Below are positions 43,822-53,532 of a stretch of DNA of 54,242 bases, in pieces; position 1 is the first letter of the stretch; each line of letters starts with the position of its first letter. The translations under genes were made by a program, and so were the position numbers. Origin of the DNA: a virus (taxonomy: Duplodnaviria > Caudoviricetes); IMG/VR virus record IMGVR_UViG_3300046835_000018, positions 1 to 54,242 of that record, one strand, 5' to 3'. The notes under the pieces were generated by a model. It was not told the DNA's origin. It did not search any database and saw only the letters and a list, made by a program, of their open reading frames with translations.

Positions 43822-44988
43822 CTACGCCTTGAACTGGTAGCTGGACTCGCGGTACTCGTTGAAGAGCCGCGGGTTCATTCGGGCGACCTGCTCGACGGCG
43901 TCGGCGAAGCCCATGTTCTTGTCGGTCTCCATGAGAGCCTTGACGGCCTCATTGAACTGACGTGTTGCGTCAGCGCTCTGCTCGCCGCGCTGACCGGTGA
44001 AGCCACGCTCCGAGAGGTCGACCAGGCCCTGACCGTTGACGATCCGACCCAGCACCTCGGTGAGCTGCTTGCCAGCCTCCGGAGAGGCCTTGAGGAGGAG
44101 GTTCTTGATCTCCTCCTTGATCAGCGGCGAGAGGGCGAACGCCTTGCCCTTCTGCACCTCGGCGATCTGGTTCGTGACCTCAGCGAGACGCACCGAAGCC
44201 TGGAGCTCGGAGTTCTGCTTCTTCTGGGTCTCGAGGCTCTCCATGAGCTTCGCGAACGCCGGACTGGCCTCGACGAGCTTCTTCAGCTCGGGGTCGAGCT
44301 CGTCGCTCTCACCCTTCTTGGCCTTCTCGAGCTCCTCGGTCAGCTTGGTGACCTGCTCGTCGGTCTTCTTCTTGTCCTCAGTCAGCGTCGTGACAGCCTT
44401 GCCGAGCTCGCCCAGCTTGGCGAATACCTCGTCGTCAGTCGTCGTCTCGGCGAGCCCGAGGGCAATCCTCAGCTTCTTTCCATCCACTTCCTGTTCCTCC
44501 TTGCTTGGCTCGTCGAAACGGAGCTCCGAGAGGTTGACCGGCAGGAGGTTCTTCATGTACGGACGGTTTGTAAGACCGCCGCCCAGAAGCACATCCTGAT
44601 GTACGACGCCCTGCGGATCTTGCCAGGAGTCCACGAACTCCGCGGAGAAGTAGCGGTACTTCTTCTCCTTGATCTCGGTCGTGGCATCCGTGGTGAAGTC
44701 GACCTGAAGGTGAAGACCGTCGGCGTCGACTCGAGCGTCCTTGACCCATCCAGCGGCCTGGTGCCCCTTGGCTGGGTCGGTCTTGTGGTCGTAGTCGATG
44801 TCGGGATCGATGCCGCGAACTTTCGACTTGACGCTGTTGGCAAGTGCAGTGAGCTTCGCTGCGTCGAACCGCATCTCGCCGTGCAGGGGATGCTGGTACT
44901 TGCCGAACGGCAGTGCATGCACCCAGGTTGTCGAATCCGAGAGAGTGACCTTACTGAGGTCTACCCACCACCCGAAGTGCTTGTCCAT
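43822..44988 (-). CDS. Prohead protease/scaffold (Mu gpI-like)
   Basis: IDYDH, AAGW, YRYFSAEF, GLTNRP; coiled-coil scaffold C-terminus. Confidence 0.9.
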   Translation of the reverse strand: MDKHFGWWVDLSKVTLSDSTTWVHALPFGKYQHPLHGEMRFDAAKLTALANSVKSKVRGIDPDIDYDHKTDPAKGHQAAGWVKDARVDADGLHLQVDFTTDATTEIKEKKYRYFSAEFVDSWQDPQGVVHQDVLLGGGLTNRPYMKNLLPVNLSELRFDEPSKEEQEVDGKKLRIALGLAETTTDDEVFAKLGELGKAVTTLTEDKKKTDEQVTKLTEELEKAKKGESDELDPELKKLVEASPAFAKLMESLETQKKQNSELQASVRLAEVTNQIAEVQKGKAFALSPLIKEEIKNLLLKASPEAGKQLTEVLGRIVNGQGLVDLSERGFTGQRGEQSADATRQFNEAVKALMETDKNMGFADAVEQVARMNPRLFNEYRESSYQFKA

Positions 44989-45008
44989 TTACACCTCCAC
45001 CTTCTCTT

Positions 45009-45038
45009 AGTATAGCTTAGTCACGAACAATTCCACAA
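45009..45038 (-). promoter_or_regulatory. Internal promoter for the head genes
   Basis: TTGTGG-N18-TATACT on the - strand. Confidence 0.55.
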
Positions 45039-45071
45039 CGTTTCCAGATATCTCAGTTACACCTTCACGTG

Positions 45072-46634
45072 TTACCCTCCCGAACTGTCGCGTCCGGAGT
45101 TGGACCTGGGAGGTGCAGCCTTAGGCTTCGCCTGCCTAGGAGGTCCTACCTTCGGAGGAGCAGGCGCTTTAGGCTTGTTACTATCGCCCCCTTCGCCACC
45201 ATCACCTTCAGGTCCCTGAGGCGTCTCAACGATCCGGGCTGTCGTAGGATCGCGGTGCGGAAGGTCGAGCTCGTCACGAAGGAAGTCCTCGAGCTTGTCA
45301 TCGGGGATGATCGCGGACGAGCCTACCAAGTTTCGGAAGGCGAACGACCACGTACGAAGATCGTTCCACTCACCAATTCGGCGAGCTCGGATCTTCGGGT
45401 ACTTGCCACGTTTGAAGTTCAAGTCCACGAGCTGCGGGATGATGTGCTTGTTGATGATGTTCGCAACTGACTGAGCCAAGTACCTCGTGGACTTGAAGAA
45501 CATGTCCATCGAGTCAGTACCAGCATTAGCCTGGTCCATGAACGGTGCGAGGATGTTTACCTGGATCTGGGAGTTGTGGTGATCGATCGATTCGATGCAC
45601 GATACTGGCTGACCTTCCAGCTTAGCAAAGCCAATCTCCCAGTTCGCCGGGATGACAATGTGCGCACGATCGTTGGTACGAAGGTTTCTACCCAGCTGCT
45701 CGGCGAGCAGTTTGTCTTCAGCCGAAAATCCCGGTGGAAGCTTGATGATAGGCACTCCAATACCGTGACGCTCCTTCTGAATGGCATCAATCTTGTAAAG
45801 CGTATCCTTGTAGTACCAGTGCTTGTACGCACTACGGAGAACGCTGATGCCACGAAGGTCACCCGCCTCGGCTTCGAGTGAGAAGATAGCCAGCTTGCGA
45901 ATCGGGATGAACTGGCCTAGGCTCACGCCCTGCTGGTTGTTCTCAGGAAACTGAGGACCAGGAACGAGATTGCCATATGGAACGAACGGCTCCATGACGA
46001 TGCCGGACGGTCCACCGTTAGCGTCGAATACCCACTCTCGGATGTCCAGCGGATGCCTCGGTGCAAGCTTCCTCAGGACGACCTTTCCGTCCTCGTTGAA
46101 CTTGTACACCTTCTCCATGACGATGTAGCCGTACTCGAACATCAGCAGGATGTCGTCAAGCACCTGCGACCAGTCGACGTTGAGATCCTCGAAGAGGCAC
46201 TTCTCAACGAACTTGGCGATGTTCTCATCGAGTGTGCTGTCACTCGCAGGCTCGACAAACCAACGAGCTGCCTGGATAGGCGTCTTCAGTTGGCGAAGCG
46301 TTCCACGAACAGTTCCGTCGTTACGCTTCATGTCGTACCACTTGCGAATGCCGAGCTTGTCACGCAAGTCTGGAATGAGCTCATCACGCGTCCATGCAGT
46401 CCAAGGACTCATGGAGGTGTAGCCAAGCTCCTGCATACCGAAGTTGGCATCGATACTCGGGTCGCGAAGCCGAATACCATTATACGCTTCGTTGTTAGGC
46501 CTCTCCGCCACGACAATGAAAGCGTTGCCACCACTCTGAGCCGTCACAACATCGTGGCTCATCAGGAGCTCCTGCAGGGAAGTTTCCCGCCACCGGGAAA
46601 GCTCCGCGCTGCCCACGTCTTGAACAGTGTCCAC
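45072..46634 (-). CDS. Portal protein (DUF935/Mu gp29-like)
   Basis: YG..V.EKV, G.SVLR.AY..W..K, ERHG.GVP. Confidence 0.9.
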   Translation of the reverse strand: MDTVQDVGSAELSRWRETSLQELLMSHDVVTAQSGGNAFIVVAERPNNEAYNGIRLRDPSIDANFGMQELGYTSMSPWTAWTRDELIPDLRDKLGIRKWYDMKRNDGTVRGTLRQLKTPIQAARWFVEPASDSTLDENIAKFVEKCLFEDLNVDWSQVLDDILLMFEYGYIVMEKVYKFNEDGKVVLRKLAPRHPLDIREWVFDANGGPSGIVMEPFVPYGNLVPGPQFPENNQQGVSLGQFIPIRKLAIFSLEAEAGDLRGISVLRSAYKHWYYKDTLYKIDAIQKERHGIGVPIIKLPPGFSAEDKLLAEQLGRNLRTNDRAHIVIPANWEIGFAKLEGQPVSCIESIDHHNSQIQVNILAPFMDQANAGTDSMDMFFKSTRYLAQSVANIINKHIIPQLVDLNFKRGKYPKIRARRIGEWNDLRTWSFAFRNLVGSSAIIPDDKLEDFLRDELDLPHRDPTTARIVETPQGPEGDGGEGGDSNKPKAPAPPKVGPPRQAKPKAAPPRSNSGRDSSGG

Positions 46635-46676
46635 CGGGGTCCCTCCTTTCTCACATACCCACAGGGCGGGAATCGA

Positions 46677-48437
46677 TTATGTTCGCCACACTAGAGTTGC
46701 TGTGCTGTCTCTGCATGTGACGTTTTGATTCTCTCGACTACTGAACTCGAGAGACCTGATCGGGACGTAGACATCAATTGGGACATTTTCAGGTGTGGTA
46801 TCGAAAGCGCCTGTGAAGGTGACTGCGATGCCTCTACTGCCTGAAAGGCTCCAGGTGCCACTAAGTGAAGCTGTCGCACTTGCTAGGATGGTTAGGAAGC
46901 CCGAGAGACCACGTTCTGCTAGAAGCGCTGCGGTGGTTGTCGATGTGACTGTGAGAGAACCGTCAGCATTACGTTCGAGCGTGAGTGCGGCGGTGATGGT
47001 TGCTGTGATGGAACTGTTGCCTGACAGTGTGTGAACTACGTCGAGTGAAGCTGTTATTGAGGTGGTTGTGGTAGCTGTGCCTTGGAGTGTCTGCTGTCCT
47101 GCCAAGTCAGCATCACCCGTACGCGATGCCAGGATGGTCAGGATGCCACTCAGCGTATGATCGACGTTGATCGTAGCTGTTCGGGTGTTTGTGACTGGGA
47201 GGCTGCCATCGTAGGTGTGATCGACAGCTGTAGTGCCTGTGAGGGATGCTGTGGTAGCACGGTTGCCTGAGACAACAAGGTCTGTCGCAAGAGTTGAAGT
47301 GCGTGAAGCAGTTACAGCCAGATCACCTTGTAGAGCATGGTCGACGTTGACTGTACCAGTTCGGGTGTTAGTGATTGCGAGGGTACCATCGACTGGCTTG
47401 CCCGTCTCGATGGCTCCTGTGATCGTTGCTGTGGCAGTTGTAGTACCCGAGTAGGTATGATCAACAGCCGCTACGCCAGTGATCGCAGATGTCGCAGCAA
47501 GAGTGCCTGCAAGTGTATGGTCCGCGTTGAGGGTAGCTACAATAGCTGCGGTAATAGGTGTAGTGCCGGAGTAAGTGTGATCGGCATTTAAGGTTGCTGA
47601 GGTGGTTACTGTAGTTGCACGATTGCCGTCGTATGTGTGGGAGACATTGACTGTACCTGTTTCGGTTGCCGTTGTTGCTCGGCTACCATCAAGGGTGTGA
47701 TCAACGTTGAGTGTGCCTGCTTGTGTTGAGGTGGTTGCACGGTTGCCATCAGCATCGACAGAACCGCTCGAGGGCTTCATCTCAGCCCATACGTAGTTCC
47801 ACGTCGTTGATGTTGGCGCAGTAAGGCTTAGGGTGACAGTTGAGCCTGATGTGGTTGGTGTAGTCTGTCGTAGTGTTGCACCGTTGATCGACGAGCCAGG
47901 GCTGGCTGAATCAACGATGGTAGTCCCGGAAGCTGCTGTGAACGTAGTTGAAGACACGTCCCAGTCGGAAGCTGCCGCGAACCCCATCGAGTTTGCAACA
48001 GTGGACGTATACGACAGAGCGTCTAGGCCACCTGTGGTATCAGAGCCCTCACCATTCGAAGCAACTGGTGTAGTGGTGTCTACACCAGTTAGTACGACGA
48101 CCTTCAGTCGTGCATGCCTGCTACCTGATGTTGCATTGTTCGTGATCGTGACCGTCATAGAGCCTGGAGCTGAACCTACAGTGGCTCTCCAGATCGCAGC
48201 TTGACCTTCACGTCCTGAAGCGTCAGCCTCGGTGCGCAAGCCGATCTGAGTGAACGACTGCCCGCCTGTGTTGGCGATGCTAGGTGCTGTAGGTGCAGTA
48301 GCCTGGCTGTTACCTGCCCAGCAAGCTAGGATGACCGATCCTGCTGGAGGTGAGAACGATGGAGAAACGACAGTGGTAGTAGCACCGTTAGTCTGGCTTG
48401 CACCAGCCGGCGTACTGCCATCTATCGCAATTGCCAT
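46677..48437 (-). CDS. Repeat-rich structural (fibre-like) protein
   Basis: Thr-rich; ~25-aa repeats DHT..G..A.T.T.TGT. Confidence 0.7.
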   Translation of the reverse strand: MAIAIDGSTPAGASQTNGATTTVVSPSFSPPAGSVILACWAGNSQATAPTAPSIANTGGQSFTQIGLRTEADASGREGQAAIWRATVGSAPGSMTVTITNNATSGSRHARLKVVVLTGVDTTTPVASNGEGSDTTGGLDALSYTSTVANSMGFAAASDWDVSSTTFTAASGTTIVDSASPGSSINGATLRQTTPTTSGSTVTLSLTAPTSTTWNYVWAEMKPSSGSVDADGNRATTSTQAGTLNVDHTLDGSRATTATETGTVNVSHTYDGNRATTVTTSATLNADHTYSGTTPITAAIVATLNADHTLAGTLAATSAITGVAAVDHTYSGTTTATATITGAIETGKPVDGTLAITNTRTGTVNVDHALQGDLAVTASRTSTLATDLVVSGNRATTASLTGTTAVDHTYDGSLPVTNTRTATINVDHTLSGILTILASRTGDADLAGQQTLQGTATTTTSITASLDVVHTLSGNSSITATITAALTLERNADGSLTVTSTTTAALLAERGLSGFLTILASATASLSGTWSLSGSRGIAVTFTGAFDTTPENVPIDVYVPIRSLEFSSRENQNVTCRDSTATLVWRT

Positions 48438-48445
48438 GGAAGGCC

Positions 48446-48838
48446 TTACGCTGCGATCGGCGTGAAGGAGATGGTGTGGGCAGTGACGTTGACGGTATCG
48501 CCGTTGGCTACTGCCTTGGATGCTGTGAAGGCGAACGAGTAGAGGAAGTTGCCAGCCGAGATGTTGTCCCAGACACTTGCGTGGCTCAGTGTCTCAGTGC
48601 CGGCCGACCAGGTAGCCCACTGCGGAAGCGTCGCGGCGATGGCCTTCGAGCCAGCGCTCGCAGCACTCCAGGTCAGAGCCTTCCGAGTGGTCTCAGCACT
48701 CGCTGCGGTAGTACCTGCCGATCCTGGATCGGCCGTGTGCAGCTTCATGTTGGTGCTTGACGGTGCAGTGAAGGCTGTAGCAGCCAGCATGTCCAACCAC
48801 TTGTTGGCCAAGTTCACTGCGTGAAGACCGACTGTCAT
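48446..48838 (-). CDS. Phage fibre-associated structural protein
   Basis: LHTADPG, WD...AGNFL, GDT motif family. Confidence 0.7.
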   Translation of the reverse strand: MTVGLHAVNLANKWLDMLAATAFTAPSSTNMKLHTADPGSAGTTAASAETTRKALTWSAASAGSKAIAATLPQWATWSAGTETLSHASVWDNISAGNFLYSFAFTASKAVANGDTVNVTAHTISFTPIAA

Positions 48839-49110
48839 AGAATGCCCTCCTTCGGGACAAAGTTGAAACGAGCATCGAGCTCGTTCATGATCTTGCACGA
48901 GAGGTCGTTGAGGTAGTGCATGACGACCTCGGCAGTGTCTGACTCAGCCATCTCGGGATCGACACTTGCAAGCAGCGCGTCCAAGATGACTCGACGAACT
49001 GGTCCGGGCGTCACGTCAGCCTCCCCAGTGATCTGAAACTCGTACAGCTCACCTTCGATCAGCATCTTGTTGTCGCCAACGAGCTTCGTTTCTGCCTGCT
49101 CTGTATCCAT
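48835..49110 (-). CDS. Hypothetical protein
   Basis: GGAGG RBS, coupled to the next gene. Confidence 0.6.
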   Translation of the reverse strand: MDTEQAETKLVGDNKMLIEGELYEFQITGEADVTPGPVRRVILDALLASVDPEMAESDTAEVVMHYLNDLSCKIMNELDARFNFVPKEGIL

Positions 49111-49139
49111 CCCACTACCCTCCAGTAGTTCAAAGCTCG

Positions 49140-49502
49140 CTACGGCAACGCGTCACGTGACACTGCGAGATCCAGATACGCAAAGCCCTTCATCGGCCGA
49201 AGCCGGTTAGCAGCTGTCGTGAACACTTCGAGATCGTACACCCCGCTCGTCCAAGTCATGACAGCTGTCACGTCTGCAGGAACTAGGATGCGTACGACAC
49301 CTTCAGGACCGTCTACCGTGATGTAGTCGTTGGCCGTCGAGGCTTCCATCAGGACGACCTCAGATGCGACTTCCGAACGAACCTGTAGACGAGCGTCGTA
49401 GCCCGTCAAGTCCTTGATAGTGCCATCAGTATTCTGTACAGCCACATTCATGGCGAAGTTGGCGCCCTGAGGCACTGTGATGTCCCTGACTAGAGGTATC
49501 AC
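49140..49502 (-). CDS. BppU N-terminal-like Ig-fold structural protein
   Basis: QGA.F, DLTGY.ARLQVR, GVYDLE. Confidence 0.7.
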   Translation of the reverse strand: MIPLVRDITVPQGANFAMNVAVQNTDGTIKDLTGYDARLQVRSEVASEVVLMEASTANDYITVDGPEGVVRILVPADVTAVMTWTSGVYDLEVFTTAANRLRPMKGFAYLDLAVSRDALP

Positions 49503-49519
49503 GTTAGTTACCTGGCCTC

Positions 49520-51001
49520 CTAGAAGCGCTGACCTAGACCAGCTGAGTCGAAGAAGGAACTTGGAGTTCCGTTCTCGAAGAAGCTATTGTTCTGTCGAAC
49601 CAGTTCCTCGAGGTCGTAGAACTCACTCAGCCTGTACGTAGCGCCGAGCTTGAAGATGTGCATCAAGGCATATCGGATCGCATCGAGAGCGTGGTCATCG
49701 AACTTGCGAGCGTCTTCGCGAATGTTTCTGTCACCGCGGCCAGTATCTGGGGCTCGATAGTTGTTGAACTCGCGGATGGTGTTTCCACAGCTTGGGTCGA
49801 TCGTGAGCCAGGCCTCTTCGAGCGGAGTGCCAAATTCGTCAGCGACTCCGACAACTCGTGGCTTGAGATAGGACTTGACAAGCTCCACTCCCTCTCGCCA
49901 ACCGGACTCACGAGTGTGACGTCCTTGTGTCTCGTTCGTAACCTTAGCTGTACCAGACTTGCTTCGGGGATCTGCCAGGCACGGAACAAGACTGGTACTG
50001 ACCTTTAGAACGGATTCGGGAGAAGCTGCATCTCCGAATGCCATGTCGAGGTGGTACCCGAAAGGCTGATCACGTGCCTTGAGAAGCCTGATGTGATCGT
50101 CCAGCATCAGCCCTCCCTTGTAGTGCTCACGCCAAATGTAGACCTTCTCAGTTCCTGGATCAACTTGGAACTCGATCGCCGCAAGCGGGTTCGTAAATCC
50201 CCAGTCGAACGCTATGTAGTTCGGCCACTCAGGACGGAAGGTATGCGGTTTGACGTGCAAGATCTCATTGAACTCTTCGTAAATCTTTCCGACGAAGGCG
50301 TTGAACATGGCTGCGATCTCTTGGTCAAAGAAGGCAGGTAGTACCGTCGCCTGGATCAAGGCGATCTCAGGATCAGCTTTTCCGCCCGGGTAGACATAAG
50401 GGTTATCCCAGCTCGGAAACTGCCAGCTTTCGTAATCCTTATATACCTTATCCGTGTTTCGACCAAACGCCCAAAGATCATACAGCCAGTTGAAGCCTTC
50501 TGGAGTCGTCGGAAATGTAGCCCAGCCACGAGCATCTGCAAGGGCGGGACGTATGAAACGTTCCCAAGTATCCTTACGATGCTTCGCGGCCTCGGACATG
50601 ATCGCCCCGTGAAGCTTTTCACCAACCAAGTTCTCGGGGTGGTCAGCTGATCTACACTCCACCCTTGTCTGCCAGGGGAACTCAATCCACATCTCCCCCG
50701 ATCGCTTGGAGTAGGACTTCTTGACCCTCTTGTCTAGGCCAAGCTTCTGACCGATGATCAAGTCGTCCCAGATTACCCGGAACTCCTTCTCGGCGAGGTC
50801 GTAGGTAGGACCAACGATCCAGAACCTTCGCTTCGGAAGGAAGAGCTCAGCACCGCAGTCCCGACCAGCCATGTGGGACTTCCCAAACCGTCGTCCGCAT
50901 ACGGGCACTCGAAAGCGACTCAGTGAGTCATGGAACAACTTCTGCTTCGGGTGTGGCACGTAGCCCACCAGCTCGAAGTAGTTCGCTTTCGAGAGAGGCA
51001 T
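49520..51001 (-). CDS. terL: Terminase large subunit
   Basis: PHPKQ, GRRFGKS, TTPEG.NW, DWGF..P, DH.LDA.RY. Confidence 0.95.
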   Translation of the reverse strand: MPLSKANYFELVGYVPHPKQKLFHDSLSRFRVPVCGRRFGKSHMAGRDCGAELFLPKRRFWIVGPTYDLAEKEFRVIWDDLIIGQKLGLDKRVKKSYSKRSGEMWIEFPWQTRVECRSADHPENLVGEKLHGAIMSEAAKHRKDTWERFIRPALADARGWATFPTTPEGFNWLYDLWAFGRNTDKVYKDYESWQFPSWDNPYVYPGGKADPEIALIQATVLPAFFDQEIAAMFNAFVGKIYEEFNEILHVKPHTFRPEWPNYIAFDWGFTNPLAAIEFQVDPGTEKVYIWREHYKGGLMLDDHIRLLKARDQPFGYHLDMAFGDAASPESVLKVSTSLVPCLADPRSKSGTAKVTNETQGRHTRESGWREGVELVKSYLKPRVVGVADEFGTPLEEAWLTIDPSCGNTIREFNNYRAPDTGRGDRNIREDARKFDDHALDAIRYALMHIFKLGATYRLSEFYDLEELVRQNNSFFENGTPSSFFDSAGLGQRF

Positions 51002-51318
51002 TAGTGCAGGTCCTCATCACCAAGTACGAATCGGTGCTTCGACCCAACCGTCTCAGCCTGGGCGGTTGGAATCGGTCCGTCAGTCGCTTCGGTCACCTGC
51101 AGCGTACTGGGTGATGTCTGAACCGTCGTGACCTTGTTCGTCGCATTCGGAACAGCCCACGTCAGGCCGCCGCCGGCGAGAACAGCACTCACTACGGTAG
51201 ACCACTCATCGGCAGTCATACCGTCATTCCGAAGTGCGAAGAACATCACCAGACCTGCGACAAGTGCCGACGTGATCGCCTTGGCGTGCTCATTCAGCCA
51301 CTGTGTCACCCGGTCCAC
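51001..51318 (-). CDS. Holin-like membrane protein
   Basis: Two TM helices, KA...A.VA and W.VPN motifs typical of actinophage holins. Confidence 0.65.
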   Translation of the reverse strand: MDRVTQWLNEHAKAITSALVAGLVMFFALRNDGMTADEWSTVVSAVLAGGGLTWAVPNATNKVTTVQTSPSTLQVTEATDGPIPTAQAETVGSKHRFVLGDEDLH

Positions 51319-51365
51319 CTCCTCACTAGATATATAATGAAGTCATATCCAAGCTATTTTACGCC

Positions 51366-51593
51366 CTAATTCGGTACCCAATACGGGTAAGTCGCTGGGT
51401 GTAGGTTGTCAGGATCGCGGTCTTTCCGGTCAACATTCGACACGTTTGTCCCTGTGTGCCCGATCCGAACTCCTACGTTCGTCGCGCTGTTCACCACCAG
51501 CACTTGCGCACTAGTTACGGTCACGACGCCAGCTGCTTCTTGGAACAGCTGCACGCCGTGACCGACCCTAGGTAGCCTGTAAGGCCCTGCCAT
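51366..51593 (-). CDS. Hypothetical protein
   Basis: 75-aa ORF; PRVG..V N-terminus. Confidence 0.6.
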   Translation of the reverse strand: MAGPYRLPRVGHGVQLFQEAAGVVTVTSAQVLVVNSATNVGVRIGHTGTNVSNVDRKDRDPDNLHPATYPYWVPN

Positions 51594-51606
51594 TTCTGGA
51601 TCTGCC

Positions 51607-52137
51607 TTACCGCTTGATGTACACGTTGGTATCGACTCGCGTGACCATCTTCGTAGCAGTCACACCGAGCTGCCCGCCGACCAGGCCTCCTGTTGGGTTC
51701 AGCAGGCCGACACGGCCATCAGCCGTCGGCAGTGCTCCAGAAGGCGTGATCGCCCCGGTGTCATCCCACGTTCCAGCCACACCAGGAGTCACGGTAGCCA
51801 TGAACACCTCAGTGCCGGCGCTGCGTCCGTAGACCTTGTAGACGCTGGTCGCAGTCGCGTTCGGGAAGGTGATCGTAACCTTGTTCGTCGTGCCACCGCC
51901 AACCACGGTTGTCTTGGCCGAAGCAACAGGTGCCGATTCCACACCCTGCACCACGTTGGTGATCTTGTACGAGTACGTCGCTGCCGTAAGCGTACCACCC
52001 GTACCACTGTTCGCCACCGTGAAGTCTCCAGCAGCCGGAATCGCAGGCTGCGTCTGTATCACGGTTGCATTGCGTGTCTTGCCGGCCGCATTCCGAAACT
52101 GCACGGTATCGCCGACAACTGCTGTCTGGACTGGCAT
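51607..52137 (-). CDS. Structural protein with FN3-like domain shared with the tail tube
   Basis: GGTLTAATYSYKIT..GVES..YKVYGR parallels the tail-tube insert. Confidence 0.65.
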   Translation of the reverse strand: MPVQTAVVGDTVQFRNAAGKTRNATVIQTQPAIPAAGDFTVANSGTGGTLTAATYSYKITNVVQGVESAPVASAKTTVVGGGTTNKVTITFPNATATSVYKVYGRSAGTEVFMATVTPGVAGTWDDTGAITPSGALPTADGRVGLLNPTGGLVGGQLGVTATKMVTRVDTNVYIKR

Positions 52138-52233
52138 TCTGCCTCCTTCACTGTCGGGCGCTCCTGCTCACTCCGCGCCCATGTCCTGCCTGCAAACACC
52201 CACAGGGCCGGCTCAAGTAATGTTCGCACAGCT

Positions 52234-52578
52234 TTAGGCTCCGCGCTGAGGCATCCCAGCGTCTGAGCGCTCAGCGTCGTTGTCTGCCAGCTTGTTGACC
52301 AGGGCGATCAGCAGGTCGTCAGCGCCGCCAGTGACCTTGAAGCCGCCACCGATAACGCCATCGATGATGTACTTGGCCGCGCTGAGCCGAACGTTCTCGT
52401 TGCCTGCGTACGAGGACAACCAGGCAACACTCTGCGCAGCTCCTGGAGCCGCCTGCATCAGGATCTTGCGAGCGAGCTCCTCATCAGTGAGCTCTGCCTC
52501 AACAACCCTCTGCATATTCAGACGCGCGAGCATCTCATCCGGGACCCACTCGTCATCCGGTACGATTTCCCTAGGCAT
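52234..52578 (-). CDS. Putative terminase small subunit
   Basis: First gene of the late arm; helical, VRLSAAKYIID motif. Confidence 0.5.
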   Translation of the reverse strand: MPREIVPDDEWVPDEMLARLNMQRVVEAELTDEELARKILMQAAPGAAQSVAWLSSYAGNENVRLSAAKYIIDGVIGGGFKVTGGADDLLIALVNKLADNDAERSDAGMPQRGA

Positions 52579-52633
52579 CGACGTCTCCCGCTTGCATCTG
52601 AAATGCTGTACACAGTACTGGTCTTCTCTCCTT

Positions 52634-52639
52634 ATTATA
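52634..52639 (-). promoter_or_regulatory. -10 element of the late arm
   Basis: GGTATAAT on the - strand; no clear -35. Confidence 0.45.
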
Positions 52640-52780
52640 CCTTATTCAGCACCAAAATGCATACTAACTCATCTATATTAGTACTACAACCAACGCCCTC
52701 CCCCTTGTATCCTCGACCACCTGTCCCTCACTTTCGCTACGAGCATCATCAACCTACCTTAATTCATTAGGCACCCCTCT

Positions 52781-52873
52781 TAGACTCTAAAGAGACAAAC
52801 AACCGTGACTTTCTAGCTACATAGTAGAGTCCTTTAGTCTCTTATAGGTCTTAACTAGTCTCTTAAACGTCTA
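52781..52873 (+). repeat. 93-bp phased AGAC/GTCT element, copy 4
   Basis: TAGAC 52781, GAGAC 52792, 40-bp spacer, GTCT at 52837/52848/52858/52869. Confidence 0.85.
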
Positions 52874-53183
52874 AACTGATTCTTAAGCTAGCGTTTAAGT
52901 GACCTACGTACTAGGTGATACATGAACACTGTCACTTCCAAAAACAAGCTCGGCGAGATTTTAGCCCACGGGGAGTAAATGATCTTGAAAAAACTGGTAT
53001 AATATAGTTATAACGTGCGAAACCAAACTAAATCGGACCAAATCGGACCAATCCGGTTCAAGTGGGCGAAATCGGACGTTATCGTCATTTAATAACTCAA
53101 AAGCGGAAGAACCAGACAAAAACGGACCTTATCCGGTCCTACCGTCGTATATCCGGTCAAAACCGGACAAACGGAGGTAAAAC

Positions 53184-53402
53184 ATGATAAGTGCGGCTAA
53201 GCTCGTACAAATCCGCGCAGAAGCGGATTTAGTATGCGAAACATGGCAAAACCATGTTGAAGTATGCGAAATGTGCGAAAAATGGTATGAACTCGGACAT
53301 TTCGAGACATACCAGCTTAAATGCGTCGAAGGTTATATCATTCGAGAGAAAGTAGTACTTTTCCTGCTACTTCTCGACAAACCGGAACATTTCAGCCAGT
53401 AA
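53184..53402 (+). CDS. Small HxxxCxxC protein
   Basis: GGAGG RBS; HVEVCEMC...C. Confidence 0.6.
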   Translation: MISAAKLVQIRAEADLVCETWQNHVEVCEMCEKWYELGHFETYQLKCVEGYIIREKVVLFLLLLDKPEHFSQ

Positions 53403-53532
53403 CATAACAAAACCGGATATACGGCGATAAGACCGGATAAGATCTGACGAACCTTGATAAACCGTATCAAATCCGCTTCTACCGGCGCATATTCGGACAA
53501 ACCATCCGAAAGGAGCCGAAATGGGCGAAAAT

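Noticed and set aside
41936-45015. Long + strand ORFs (41936-43126, 43753-45015) and similar antisense ORFs elsewhere
   Set aside because: Shadow frames of high-GC3 capsid and protease genes; no RBS or motifs
44989-45069. Direct repeat TTACACCTYCAC flanking the head-gene promoter
   Set aside because: Only two 12-bp copies, one being the RBS complement; insufficient evidence of function
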